Source of the DNA: a virus
IMG/VR virus record: IMGVR_UViG_3300042934_000519
Span: 1 to 64,000 of that record
DNA: 64,000 nt
Strand: one strand, 5' to 3'
Every line of letters begins with the position of its first letter. Within the stretch, counting starts at the first letter, position 1. Positions 28,743 through 38,246 of this stretch are shown in pieces. The notes under the pieces were generated by a model. That model was not told the DNA's origin, did not search any database, and saw only the letters and a list, made by a program, of their open reading frames with translations. A program made the translations under genes and the position numbers.

Positions 28743-28792
28743 CCGCTACACGGCAGGGTGGTTCGCCACCCTGCCTTATACCGAGAGTTTAC

Positions 28793-29110
28793 ATGAACTT
28801 CAAAGGCGTGAGCATCAGAACGCGATGGTCCCTGCTTGAACTACTGCTTGTGTTGGTGGTTCTGGCAATGGCGTTGTATGTAGGTTATAGCTACTGGGCA
28901 AACACTGACCCCAAGGTCAAAGAGTTGGCTCGACGTTCATTGATCGTGGCGGGTTACTCCGACGTGGTCATTGGTGACTATCGCATGTGGGGTTGTTCTC
29001 GCAGCGACAGCATTCACCTCAGCTTCACAGGTAAAGGTCCTACAGGTATTCCCACCAAGGGCGTGGCCTGTGCAGATCTGTTCTCCAAAGAATTCACTGT
29101 CCGTCATTAA
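28793..29110 (+). CDS. Membrane-anchored hypothetical protein
   Basis: N-terminal TM; two Cys in the C-terminal domain. Confidence 0.65.
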   Translation: MNFKGVSIRTRWSLLELLLVLVVLAMALYVGYSYWANTDPKVKELARRSLIVAGYSDVVIGDYRMWGCSRSDSIHLSFTGKGPTGIPTKGVACADLFSKEFTVRH

Positions 29111-29119
29111 GGAGTCTCC

Positions 29120-29356
29120 ATGAGCATCGGTGCTATCTTGCTGTTAACTGCTACTGCTGGTGCCCATGGGTATTCCGTGAGCGTGACACCTGTGGCCGAC
29201 ATGGATGAGTGCTTTCGTGTCCGCGAAGCAGTTGCCCTGACGTTTGTTCGTAAAGACCAGTACGAGATGTCCAGCATCCCCAACGTGTGGAAGACCCGCG
29301 AAGGTCAGTACAACTACGGGCGTAACTCGGTCAAACTTGAATGCAAGCCCGTATAA
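29120..29356 (+). CDS. Hypothetical protein
   Basis: AAGGAG RBS. Confidence 0.65.
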   Translation: MSIGAILLLTATAGAHGYSVSVTPVADMDECFRVREAVALTFVRKDQYEMSSIPNVWKTREGQYNYGRNSVKLECKPV

Positions 29357-29365
29357 GGAGCGACC

Positions 29366-29638
29366 ATGTGTCGTCGTCTTGGTAAGAAGCACTTTCAGTA
29401 CGTCGGTACCGAAGGGCTGGAGCAACAAAAGAAAGAACGCATGATCCGTGCGCCGCATCGGTTCCTCTGCGACAGTTACATGGTGTGCATCCTTAACGAT
29501 CACACTAACCTTCGTGAGAAGCTCTGGAGCCCCCAGAACAACAACCCACAGGGCATTGCCAAACCGTTGCGCAACAGTAAGGCAAAACTGTACGCCAAGC
29601 TTAAACGCTATTACGACCGTGCCGGTAACGGCAAATGA
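29366..29638 (+). CDS. Basic hypothetical protein
   Basis: AAGGAG RBS. Confidence 0.6.
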   Translation: MCRRLGKKHFQYVGTEGLEQQKKERMIRAPHRFLCDSYMVCILNDHTNLREKLWSPQNNNPQGIAKPLRNSKAKLYAKLKRYYDRAGNGK

Positions 29639-30096
29639 CCAATGCGCCCAGCTACGTGCTGGATGAATCCATGAAAGACGTCTACCCAGGCGTCGATTAC
29701 TACCGTCAACTCCTCACCAAAGAGAGCATTCCCATGAAACTGAACCTCGCGCAATTCGTCACCCCTCTGATCGAATCCGGTGCCCTGAAGGCCACGGTCA
29801 TTGATGGCGTCAACTTCTTCGGTGCGACCGTCATCTCGATCGACGAGAAGAAGAACAAGATCCAGCTGGAAATCGGCGACGATCCTGACACCAACATCAG
29901 CGCTCGCCTGACCTACGAAGGCGACAACGAAGTGAAGCTGGGTGCCAAGCTCAAGTTCACCGTCGAAGGCGAAGTCAAGTTTGTCGAACTGCCGTCGGCT
30001 CCTGCTCGTCAGGCTGCTCCTGCTCAGTCGGCTCGCCGTAGCCCTGATCGCAGCATGGTCGATCCAATGAAAGCGGCTCGCCAAGGTCGCGAGTAA
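29635..30096 (+). CDS. Hypothetical protein (start may be the internal MKLNL)
   Basis: Strong codon bias in the 3' part. Confidence 0.6.
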   Translation: MTNAPSYVLDESMKDVYPGVDYYRQLLTKESIPMKLNLAQFVTPLIESGALKATVIDGVNFFGATVISIDEKKNKIQLEIGDDPDTNISARLTYEGDNEVKLGAKLKFTVEGEVKFVELPSAPARQAAPAQSARRSPDRSMVDPMKAARQGRE

Positions 30097-30155
30097 TCCC
30101 CGGTGCCGGGAGGGTTCGCCCTCCCGGTCTATGCCGTCAACCCTCGAGATAACCC

Positions 30156-30689
30156 ATGACCACGATAGTTTTCAAAGATGGCCATTTGGCCGCGGACACC
30201 CTCGCAGTAACAGGTAACTCAGTGACTTACCTGATTCCCCACAAGAAGATCAGTCTCAGTACCGATAAGCGCATTGCTTACGGGATCTCTGGGATGGTGA
30301 TTGAACCCGAATGGGTCCCTGATTTGGAACGAGCGCTTTTGGCGTTCGTCATGGAACACCGCAATGCCAAGAGCTTCAAAGCTCCGATGCCCAAGGAACT
30401 CGTTGACCTGATCGAACACCGTGACTTCATCCTCATGACCAAAGATCAGGTCTACACCAAATACGACGGCGTCTCCCCGGACGGGTCTCGTTTCATGTCT
30501 CGCCTGCTGCCCGGTGAACATGCCTCGGTGGGCACTGGTAAACTCTACGCCACCATGGCTTGCTTGTACGGGCATACTGCCCGTGGAGCCGTCCAGTTCG
30601 CCATGGAGAACGATTGCTTCACGTACCCTGGTGACATTGACACCATCAAGCAAACGTCGCTCAAACCGCTGCCTAAGGAGGTCAAATGA
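30156..30689 (+). CDS. Ntn-hydrolase, HslV/proteasome-beta-like peptidase
   Basis: N-terminal (M)TTI, AADT, K near position 33, VGTG (GSG-equivalent). Confidence 0.7.
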   Translation: MTTIVFKDGHLAADTLAVTGNSVTYLIPHKKISLSTDKRIAYGISGMVIEPEWVPDLERALLAFVMEHRNAKSFKAPMPKELVDLIEHRDFILMTKDQVYTKYDGVSPDGSRFMSRLLPGEHASVGTGKLYATMACLYGHTARGAVQFAMENDCFTYPGDIDTIKQTSLKPLPKEVK

Positions 30690-31231
30690 GCCAGGTCGTC
30701 GTCTACCGGGATGAGAGTCTGCTCTTCTCCACCAACATGTACACCATGAGCCTGACCACCGTACGCGTGCCGCTCGATTACTGGGTGTGCAAAGCCGGAC
30801 TGCTCATTCCGATCAACCAGACTGCTCCGGCGCTGATCAACTTCTTCAACGGCAAGAACACGGCGCCAATGAGTACCGAGTCCACGCCTCACGGGATTCT
30901 GGTGACCATCACAGGTGACATTTACCACGTCGAGATCAAACTCGAGCAAGGTAAGAGCCCGGAAGAAGGTGAACGCTTTGGCAAGTTGTACCCAACGGGT
31001 CCCGGCATCAGTTGGGTCCACTCCATCGGTGATGTCTCAGCAGGTAAAGCCGAAGCCGCCATGCGGCTGGCCAAGGACATGAACGAGGTCAAGAAGCTGA
31101 TGATCACGGCGGACGTATTCAACGCCAAGCAGCTGGAGATCTACACGATGAAGGACCTCATCGAAAAGATCTCAGTGATCCATGTCAAGAAATTCCCAGA
31201 AGACTGGAAGGAGAAAAAGAATGCAGTATGA
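30686..31231 (+). CDS. Hypothetical, possible degenerate Ntn-fold paralog
   Basis: MSQVVVYRD vs MTTIVFKD; SIG..AEAAMRL region; ATGA coupling. Confidence 0.55.
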   Translation: MSQVVVYRDESLLFSTNMYTMSLTTVRVPLDYWVCKAGLLIPINQTAPALINFFNGKNTAPMSTESTPHGILVTITGDIYHVEIKLEQGKSPEEGERFGKLYPTGPGISWVHSIGDVSAGKAEAAMRLAKDMNEVKKLMITADVFNAKQLEIYTMKDLIEKISVIHVKKFPEDWKEKKNAV

Positions 31232-31766
31232 CATGCACAGTGAATACCCTGTCATCCTTCGCCAGACCGACGAAGGTGTAATTGGGACGTGGTACGAGAA
31301 CCGCTTCAAAGACCCGGCCATCATCTTAAAGGATCTTGAAGCCTATCCTGACCTTAAAGAGAAGGTGGCTAAGATCCACGAGTACGCAGCGACTCACGGC
31401 GGCAAGATGCCGGAGTTCAAACACAAAGTGGAGATCTTCAGTCGCGTTCGTCATCTGGCCAGCATCACCAAAGGGTACAGCCCCTTTGATCTGGTGGAAT
31501 TGACAGGACCTGCCTACTTTGAACCGCTGTCACATCCTGAATGGGCGGTCTCCGGTGAATCGACGATCGAGTGGGACATCCCGGACGACCGCGACGATAC
31601 TGAGTCGAAGTTTTCCATGCAGTTAGATGGAACGGTCCTTAAGAGCCTCAGTGCTTGGAACGTTTCAGAAGAGCAATGGCTGCCTGTGGACAAGATCTTC
31701 ATTCCGTTCAACACCCTGATGACCGACAAGATCGTCGGCTTTGACCTGGTGCCGATCATCGTGTAA
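31221..31766 (+). CDS. Hypothetical protein
   Basis: AAGGAG RBS. Confidence 0.65.
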   Translation: MQYDMHSEYPVILRQTDEGVIGTWYENRFKDPAIILKDLEAYPDLKEKVAKIHEYAATHGGKMPEFKHKVEIFSRVRHLASITKGYSPFDLVELTGPAYFEPLSHPEWAVSGESTIEWDIPDDRDDTESKFSMQLDGTVLKSLSAWNVSEEQWLPVDKIFIPFNTLMTDKIVGFDLVPIIV

Positions 31767-31789
31767 TAAAATACACGGTGGCAAAGTGC

Positions 31790-32641
31790 TATGTGAAAAG
31801 CGAGCAGTAACCCCTTAACTAAGGACAGTCAATGTTCTCAACCAACGGGGTGTTCTCTCTCCTTCGTAAGATCGTGTCGCAGATTCGCTGTCAGGTTAGA
31901 CTGACCCGAGTCTTGGCACGGTTAAACCGGGAGAGGGCCCCTTCGGCGCCAAAGACGCTAATGCTGCGTGGGACGCAGTCACGCCACGACCATAAGGCGG
32001 TCGGTTAGGCGTCGGCTGCGACGAGATTAGAAAATCTTACAGCTTAATGAGGGGGTCGCGCTCCTCTAAGGATGGAAATTGGGGTTTACCGCAATCATCT
32101 GCGGGTTAATGCTGTACTGCAACACGGCCGTGAGCGATCTGTCTTTCAGACCGGCTGCACGCCCGGAGATTCCGTTAGTGATAGCTGCTCGCGATTTGTC
32201 GCTGGTAGCTGTAAACGCCTTCGTGCCCGCGCTTCACCCGTACAGTCCGCCCTACCAGGCTGACTCTGGGACGATGGCCCCACTGACGAACATGCACAGT
32301 CCAGCGTTGCTAATGCAGATGAGTACTACGGTCGTACCACGCCCAGGGTTCCAGACCCTGTAAGCCACTGGAACGATCGGAGTGCACACACATAGCTGCA
32401 CCCGTGAGCGGATTGAGTTCCGTACTTGATGTAAGAGGCAGTTGTCTCTCATTGGCAAGCACGTGTGTCAGGCTCGAAGACTGCGGTTGGGTCTAATCGC
32501 TGCGATTACCCTAGGATCAGATCTTCCCCTGCACCCTTGTCAAGATGCTAAACAATGATCCGCCACCCCTTCACGATTCCACTTCCTAGTCGCACTGGGC
32601 AGCCGAGAATCATAAGGGGCGGCGTTCATTCCTTTATGCCG
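31790..32641 (+). ncRNA. Candidate large (about 850 nt) structured ncRNA or RNA pair
   Basis: Long gap without a credible gene; TATG start; closing helix 31800-31807/32185-32192; many hairpins; pseudoknot 32344-32372; ends in hairpin plus TATGCCG. Confidence 0.6.
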
Positions 32642-32682
32642 TGATCTTATGTACGCTTTCTTTTTTCTTTGGGTATGCTGAC

Positions 32683-33126
32683 ATGAGTACGGTAGAAGCA
32701 GTGGATGCTCCAGTTCCTTTGGTGGAACTGATCAACGGTAAATTCAGCTATTTCGACACGCGTCGTGTTGATAAGCACAACCACTCAATGCTTAACCCTT
32801 TCCGTCGACTCGACGAAGTGGTCGGTGACATTCAGGTTCCCCAGTGGAACGTGACTGACTTCGCCTCCATTAACACCCTCCGAGATTTAGGTCTGTTCAT
32901 TATCTTTGCCTTGCTGGCAGGGTACGGTGATCAGTCCGCCACCATCCACGACTACCTCTACGGCGGTGGTCTTCCTGTCAGCGGTCAAGTGATCTATCGC
33001 AAAGACGCTGATGACATCTATTACCGTGCCCTACGAGCTGAAGGTGTGGCTCGCTGGCGTGCCGGTATCTTCTACGCGGGTGTTCGCCTCTTTGGGGCTT
33101 CCCGTTGGAAAGGAGCCGTTCAATGA
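32683..33126 (+). CDS. DUF1353 family protein
   Basis: TDFASI, IHDYLY, RKDADDIY, VRLFG motifs. Confidence 0.8.
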   Translation: MSTVEAVDAPVPLVELINGKFSYFDTRRVDKHNHSMLNPFRRLDEVVGDIQVPQWNVTDFASINTLRDLGLFIIFALLAGYGDQSATIHDYLYGGGLPVSGQVIYRKDADDIYYRALRAEGVARWRAGIFYAGVRLFGASRWKGAVQ

Positions 33127-33419
33127 GTGCACCCCTGTTTACCGTCCACAGTTCGTTGGCGGCCATCCCCGGTGACAAAGGCAAGTGGCTGGAGTCGTAC
33201 CGTCTGGCGGACCACATGCTGATCCTGATGGAGTGCTGGCGTAAAGTGCCTGCCACCCAATTGGTCGGTGATGAGTTCCAAGCGGTCAAAGGCATGCTCA
33301 GCTTCATCATGGCTTCCTCCGGTACGCACCTTGATGCTGTCCTGACGGCTCAGTCCATGGAAGAGCTGTTTGCCATCCAGAAAGAGTTCCAAGCCATTTG
33401 CAAGTCCCGCTGCACATAG
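33123..33419 (+). CDS. Hypothetical protein
   Basis: AAGGAG RBS; ATGA overlap. Confidence 0.6.
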   Translation: MSAPLFTVHSSLAAIPGDKGKWLESYRLADHMLILMECWRKVPATQLVGDEFQAVKGMLSFIMASSGTHLDAVLTAQSMEELFAIQKEFQAICKSRCT

Positions 33420-33459
33420 CCACCAGGAGTCCTCCGGGACTCCTGGTCTATGCCGGGTG

Positions 33460-33548
33460 TTCGATTCGAAAAGATTACGGCAATACATTAATAGCGTGAA
33501 TAAGGAGAATGATCTTCTTATCTTAACCTTAGTCTTTGGAGATTTACC
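33460..33548 (+). promoter_or_regulatory. Putative early promoter plus leader cassette, copy 1
   Basis: TTCGATTCGAAA..GGCAATACATT..hairpin..CCTT..GGAGAT; similar copies at 38247 and 59008. Confidence 0.7.
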
Positions 33549-34250
33549 ATGTCTGTTACTACCTGCGTATTGAACACCGCTTTGACCGCTGTTGGCTTGG
33601 GTCGTTTCCGTCAAGTGAAACTGATACCGGTCACCGAACCTGTGGTTGAAGCTGCCCAGCCAGACGAAGTCATCAAGGACATCTTGAAGGCGCCGATCCC
33701 TGCTGCTGTGGCTGAAGTGCTGGAGAAAGGTGCCAGCAAAAGCGATGTGGTTAAAACCATTCCTGCCGTACTGCGCGCTGTTGTGCAGCAGAAGGATGCG
33801 ATTGACCATGCTTTGACTGACGACACCGCTGCTCGTAAAGGCGTGACCGTCACCGTGATTGACGACAGCCAAATCCCTGCTGACGTTGGTTCAACGAACG
33901 CTGAAGTGATCATTGCAGGCCCTCGGTCGACTGAGTTGTACGCAGCCGCTCAAGAAGCCATGTTCTGGGATAACTTCATCGAGAAACTGGCTCAACGTAA
34001 AGTGCTGGATTTCCACTCGGCTTTGTCGCTGATTGAACATCAGGCAACCTTGGGTAAAGGGTACTCGGCTGTAAACTGTAAAGAAGTCAGCGAGCATATG
34101 GGGATTGTGCATGTGACCAAAGCCGGTCTTAATGCGCTGTTCCCATTGGACGACGGCACTTACCGCGTCGTCAGCAACAACAAACGTTTCAACGGAGAAG
34201 CGTTTGTCTCAGTAGCGGCTGCCAAGGGTTTCCTGAACGGCCGCTACTAA
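33549..34250 (+). CDS. Putative early hypothetical protein
   Basis: Directly after the promoter cassette. Confidence 0.7.
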   Translation: MSVTTCVLNTALTAVGLGRFRQVKLIPVTEPVVEAAQPDEVIKDILKAPIPAAVAEVLEKGASKSDVVKTIPAVLRAVVQQKDAIDHALTDDTAARKGVTVTVIDDSQIPADVGSTNAEVIIAGPRSTELYAAAQEAMFWDNFIEKLAQRKVLDFHSALSLIEHQATLGKGYSAVNCKEVSEHMGIVHVTKAGLNALFPLDDGTYRVVSNNKRFNGEAFVSVAAAKGFLNGRY

Positions 34251-34314
34251 GCAATACCGTTGTGCAATACTAACCCACGCGGCTTATAGGGCCGCACACT
34301 AGAAAGGACTTACC

Positions 34315-34683
34315 ATGCAACCGTTCAAACAAGCTGTCTACTCCTCCCGCACTGCTGACAAGTTCGTTGTGCGCCTGCCTGATGGCATGCGTGAGCGGAT
34401 TCAGGAAGTGGCGAAGGGGAACCACCGTTCGATGAACAGCGAGATCATCGCTCGTTTGGAGAAGAGTCTGGATGCCCCAGAACAAGAGAACGGCACGGTG
34501 GAAATCGACGGCGAAGGCGTCCTGTGGAATCCTTGCACGGGTATGTTGGTGAAGACCCCAGCCGGTATCGGGGCGATCCAAGGTGTCCATTACTCGGACA
34601 CCAGCATCGACACTATCATGGTCATGGTAGATGGTGCGTCTTACCCGCTCAATGACATCAAGCCTATCTGGTTGAAGTCCTAA
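34315..34683 (+). CDS. amrZ: AmrZ/AlgZ-like Arc (ribbon-helix-helix) regulator
   Basis: [21 protein letters not shown]...[13 protein letters not shown] closely matches the recalled Pseudomonas AmrZ DNA-binding domain. Confidence 0.88.
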   Translation: MQPFKQAVYSSRTADKFVVRLPDGMRERIQEVAKGNHRSMNSEIIARLEKSLDAPEQENGTVEIDGEGVLWNPCTGMLVKTPAGIGAIQGVHYSDTSIDTIMVMVDGASYPLNDIKPIWLKS

Positions 34684-34736
34684 CGGCATAGACAGGGGAC
34701 CTTCGGGTCCCCTGTCCTTGTTTCTTTTTTCTTTGG
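34684..34736. terminator. Bidirectional terminator cassette
   Basis: CGGCATA-GACAGGGGACC-TTCG-GGTCCCCTGTC..TTTCTTTTTTCTTTGG between convergent genes. Confidence 0.8.
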
Positions 34737-35285
34737 TCAGAACTTGAAATCCAGCGCTTGTCCCACAGGGAACTGGAAGGCAGTCTCCATGAGGTAGGTC
34801 AGATACGTGTGGTCGTTAGCGGAGATGTACCCGCCACCTGTGCCCACGTAAATGCACCGTTTACCATTGAGCATGCCATCACGGGCCAGCTTCGCCGGGT
34901 CAACGTTACCAAAGAACTGGAACGACACCCAACGCCATTCAGTGCCAGTACCTGCTACGGGGTCACTGCCCGATTCGATCCCACGGAGTTCGTAGCTGAC
35001 GCCACCGATCACCACTGACGGCATGGTCACGCTGCCTTGACTGACAGGTCCCGGTGTACCCACCGCCGGTCCTTGGCCAGCACGTGTAAACGATCGGCGT
35101 TCAACACTGCCATTGACAGAACTGGCCAGTGTGACCTGACCGCCCTTAGCCACGTAAGGGGGTTTCCAGACCTTCCAGACACCTTGGACGTTCACCCACG
35201 CTTGTTCGATGTCTTTCCAGACACCCGCTACCCTGACCAGCGGGACAGATTCACGAATCGCCCCTGCTACTTTGACCTTCTGCAT
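34737..35285 (-). CDS. Putative tail-associated protein
   Basis: Repeated VxGVWK N-terminal motif typical of fibre-associated proteins. Confidence 0.6.
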   Translation of the reverse strand: MQKVKVAGAIRESVPLVRVAGVWKDIEQAWVNVQGVWKVWKPPYVAKGGQVTLASSVNGSVERRSFTRAGQGPAVGTPGPVSQGSVTMPSVVIGGVSYELRGIESGSDPVAGTGTEWRWVSFQFFGNVDPAKLARDGMLNGKRCIYVGTGGGYISANDHTYLTYLMETAFQFPVGQALDFKF

Positions 35286-35297
35286 CGTGACCTCTCA

Positions 35298-35765
35298 TTA
35301 CCAATCATGGGCGCGGTGTGTACGGTTGACGACTTTGACCTTCTTGCGACCGAGCCACTGGGCAATGTCGATCTTCTCTTTGTGAAGGATCGAATCCCGG
35401 ATGGTTTCCTTGGTCTTGTACTCGTCCTTCATGCCATTGTGCTTGTTGTTCACAGGTCGCCAACGACCATCGTGCTGGATGGTGTACAGCCAGACGTCCA
35501 GCTTGAACAGGTCTGCCGTCACCGGGATGCGTCCTGTGGCGATCTCGATGATGATCAGGTCCCCATCGGACTTGTAGCGGTCCAGGTTGTAATGCTTCTC
35601 CAGTACCGAGGCAAACCCTTGGGCAATGGCTTCTTCCTTGGAGGCAGTGCTGTAGAGCCACTCATTGGATTCGGTCTCATCCCATTGGACAAGCTTTCCA
35701 GAGTGCTTGAAACCCGGCATCAGCTCGGTCTGATCGTAACCAGAGCCGTGGTAAAGGTTCATCAT
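35298..35765 (-). CDS. Hypothetical (LYHGS motif, possible ADP-ribosyltransferase-like fold)
   Basis: N-terminal LYHGS, then WLYST...A. Confidence 0.5.
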   Translation of the reverse strand: MMNLYHGSGYDQTELMPGFKHSGKLVQWDETESNEWLYSTASKEEAIAQGFASVLEKHYNLDRYKSDGDLIIIEIATGRIPVTADLFKLDVWLYTIQHDGRWRPVNNKHNGMKDEYKTKETIRDSILHKEKIDIAQWLGRKKVKVVNRTHRAHDW

Positions 35766-35829
35766 GGGTTCACCTGCGTTAAAATTGAAAGGATGTCATT
35801 ATGTTGTAGTAAACGAATGAGTCATCCCG

Positions 35830-36339
35830 ATGAAAAAGCTGTTGATCTTTCATACACAGTCTTTGTTCAGTGCCAATGACTTAGAGAACTACCTATACGA
35901 TACCGGGGCCACCAGGGACAGCTACTTGGACATGGAGCCTGTGACACAGGTGTCAGGGAAGCTAAAAGCAACACATTGGCATTACAGCGAATGGGACATT
36001 GCCGGTAAGGATGGAGAGGAAGGCGTTGATCTCTGGTATATGGGCTGGGCAGGTGGAGAAAAGTTTGTCTTCGACGACCCCTACCTGATGAAGCTCTTTG
36101 CTTTCGAAAAGGCATTTCGCGGCCCTAAAGCTCAATGTATGTCCGCGATCTGGAAGGACTATTTTACCTACGCAACATACCGAATTGATAAAGAGCTGTC
36201 AGCCATACTGAGCATCGTACTGGCAGATCTGTTGGAGCATGTAGATAATGAAACATATACTGTCGATGTTGCAGCTGCTATGGGTCTATCAGTGGACTAC
36301 TTGGCGGAAGAAGACACCCCAGCCAAAGAAAAAGGTTGA
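35830..36339 (+). CDS. Hypothetical protein
   Basis: 169-aa ORF in divergent position. Confidence 0.6.
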   Translation: MKKLLIFHTQSLFSANDLENYLYDTGATRDSYLDMEPVTQVSGKLKATHWHYSEWDIAGKDGEEGVDLWYMGWAGGEKFVFDDPYLMKLFAFEKAFRGPKAQCMSAIWKDYFTYATYRIDKELSAILSIVLADLLEHVDNETYTVDVAAAMGLSVDYLAEEDTPAKEKG

Positions 36340-36943
36340 GCCTTACTTCGAGGACGGGGTGGAGGAGAAGATCAAGCAGCAACTGGCTGACCGTATCAAG
36401 TTGCTCGACGGGCTTATGGCTGAAACCGTCTCCTACCTGACCAACACCATGTTCTGGCTGATTGAAGCCAACGGCAGTGTGGACAAAGGCAAACCGGCTG
36501 ATGTCTTGCTGCGCGAAGTGAACCTGATGTTCGTGGACAACATGGTGCAGTCATACGGTCTAGTCCCGGCGGATGAACACATCTTGCGGTCCAAGGTCAT
36601 CGACCTGCTCCGGCAGAACGCCATTCGCATGGAGCTGAAGAAGTTCCAAGGCAAAGAGAAGTCGCTGTTCAACATCCACACCTTTGTGGTGCGCAACGAA
36701 GGGATTGACGACGATCCCAACTACGTGCATCAAGTGGATAAGTTCTCGTTCACCGCAGGCATGGGCGTTAAGGAATGGGCTCGCTACTCGGTGCTTGAAC
36801 AGCAGGAGATCCGGGACTTTATCTTTGATGTCTATTACGGCGCTGGTGATCAAACCACCACCATGGACATCAAACTCAGTAACGAACGCTTCACCTGTGC
36901 CTTTCCCCTTAAACGCAGTGTTGTCCAGGAAGAACTCCCATGA
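36248..36943 (+). CDS. Hypothetical protein (start uncertain)
   Basis: 231-aa ORF overlapping upstream gene. Confidence 0.6.
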   Translation: MKHILSMLQLLWVYQWTTWRKKTPQPKKKVEPYFEDGVEEKIKQQLADRIKLLDGLMAETVSYLTNTMFWLIEANGSVDKGKPADVLLREVNLMFVDNMVQSYGLVPADEHILRSKVIDLLRQNAIRMELKKFQGKEKSLFNIHTFVVRNEGIDDDPNYVHQVDKFSFTAGMGVKEWARYSVLEQQEIRDFIFDVYYGAGDQTTTMDIKLSNERFTCAFPLKRSVVQEELP

Positions 36944-37338
36944 GTGTTGACCACGCCGAACGCATTGCCATGTTGCCGCCTCAGCAACGGGCCACTATCA
37001 CCAACAACTACGGCCAGATGGACGTGGTGCTGCAAACCGCCCGTACCTTGCACAGCGAGTACGTGGTGTCGATCATCACGGGGCGTCCTGAGCATGACAA
37101 GTCCTATTGGTTGGAAATCCTCAACCAGAGCGACGTCATGTACCACGAGTTCGACACGCGTCTGCACACACTGGCTGAGGTGGTCGCTAAGACCCTCTGC
37201 AAGCGCACTGACGACAAGTTTGGCCGTGGGATGCCCTACGTGACGCTGTTGGTGCAATCGCTGGCCATGGGTGCTGCTACGGGCAGTGAGAAGTTTGCTT
37301 ACCTCGTGGGCGGACAGGTCATTCCGTACGAAGCGTAA
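36940..37338 (+). CDS. Hypothetical protein
   Basis: ATGA overlap. Confidence 0.65.
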   Translation: MSVDHAERIAMLPPQQRATITNNYGQMDVVLQTARTLHSEYVVSIITGRPEHDKSYWLEILNQSDVMYHEFDTRLHTLAEVVAKTLCKRTDDKFGRGMPYVTLLVQSLAMGAATGSEKFAYLVGGQVIPYEA

Positions 37339-37400
37339 GGAGGAGGGCTTCGGCCCTCCTTTATGCCGTCTACTATGAAATACACTATCGAGTATTAACC

Positions 37401-37940
37401 ATGGGCTATATAACCGCGATCCGTGCTTTCTTTAGCGGTGCACTGGGCAAACTGGCATTGGTTGGTTTGGCTGTTGCACTGTTAGCTGGCACCGTTTACT
37501 ACATCATTGACTTGAACACTCAGCTGACCACTGCTCAAGACGAAGCCAAGGACTGGAAGAAGAAGTTCGAAGGCGTGGACCTGACCGTCAAGACCACGGA
37601 CGACGAGCAGAAAAAGGTCACGGAAACCTTCACCGGCATCGATGCCAAAAGCGTAGACCTGTTGTGCATGGCCCGCTACGGCAACCTACTGCCCAACTTC
37701 AACCAGAGTCCTGTCGTTCCAGCAGAGCCTCAGATCAAGGAAGTCATCAAGTACGTGGCGAGCAAACCACTGGTGTCGCCTGTCATCCCTGCCACTACGC
37801 CTTTGACCCCTTCCGACCTCACTGCCAAGAACAGCCAAGCGCTGTCCGATGAGATCCGGGTATCCGTGTTGAACAACTCGTGGAAAGCCTATTGCGCTGT
37901 GACAGGCAATAAGGACGACACCTGCGCCCCCTTTCGTTAA
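37401..37940 (+). CDS. Inner-membrane spanin (Rz-like)
   Basis: N-terminal TM, coiled-coil, Cys residues; followed by a lipoprotein gene. Confidence 0.65.
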   Translation: MGYITAIRAFFSGALGKLALVGLAVALLAGTVYYIIDLNTQLTTAQDEAKDWKKKFEGVDLTVKTTDDEQKKVTETFTGIDAKSVDLLCMARYGNLLPNFNQSPVVPAEPQIKEVIKYVASKPLVSPVIPATTPLTPSDLTAKNSQALSDEIRVSVLNNSWKAYCAVTGNKDDTCAPFR

Positions 37941-37949
37941 GGAACCCTC

Positions 37950-38198
37950 ATGAAAATCATCCTTGCAGTCTTGCTGCTCTGTGTGGCCACCACGTTGGCT
38001 GGGTGTAACCGTGGCGTGATCATGGTCCCTGAATGTGAGTACGGTCAGCCCCCTGATCCGGTTGCTTACCTCAAAGGCAACCCGGATGAGAACTTGGTCC
38101 TGATGAGTGCCGCGTATAACGATGGTCTGCGCAAGGCCAGTACGTGCAACGCCAACATCACCAAGATCAATGCCAAGAACAAAGCGCTCTTCGAATAA
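37950..38198 (+). CDS. Outer-membrane spanin lipoprotein (Rz1-like)
   Basis: Lipobox LAGC, Pro-rich, 82 aa. Confidence 0.7.
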   Translation: MKIILAVLLLCVATTLAGCNRGVIMVPECEYGQPPDPVAYLKGNPDENLVLMSAAYNDGLRKASTCNANITKINAKNKALFE

Positions 38199-38246
38199 GT
38201 CCAGTGCCACCAGCCTTTTACGGGGCTGGTGGCACTGTGCTATTTA

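Noticed and set aside
31821-31830. AAGGACAGTC resembling RNase P GAGGAAAGUC
   Set aside because: No complementary P4 partner or CR-V motif found by eye
32015-32047. GCT GCG...CTT ACA GCT TAA (AATRLENLTA*) resembling a tmRNA tag
   Set aside because: No tRNA-Ala-like domain (GGGGC 5' end, T-arm, CCA) found around it
32079-32363. 94-aa ORF inside the large ncRNA candidate
   Set aside because: Non-ATG start, atypical codon usage, overlaps dense RNA helices
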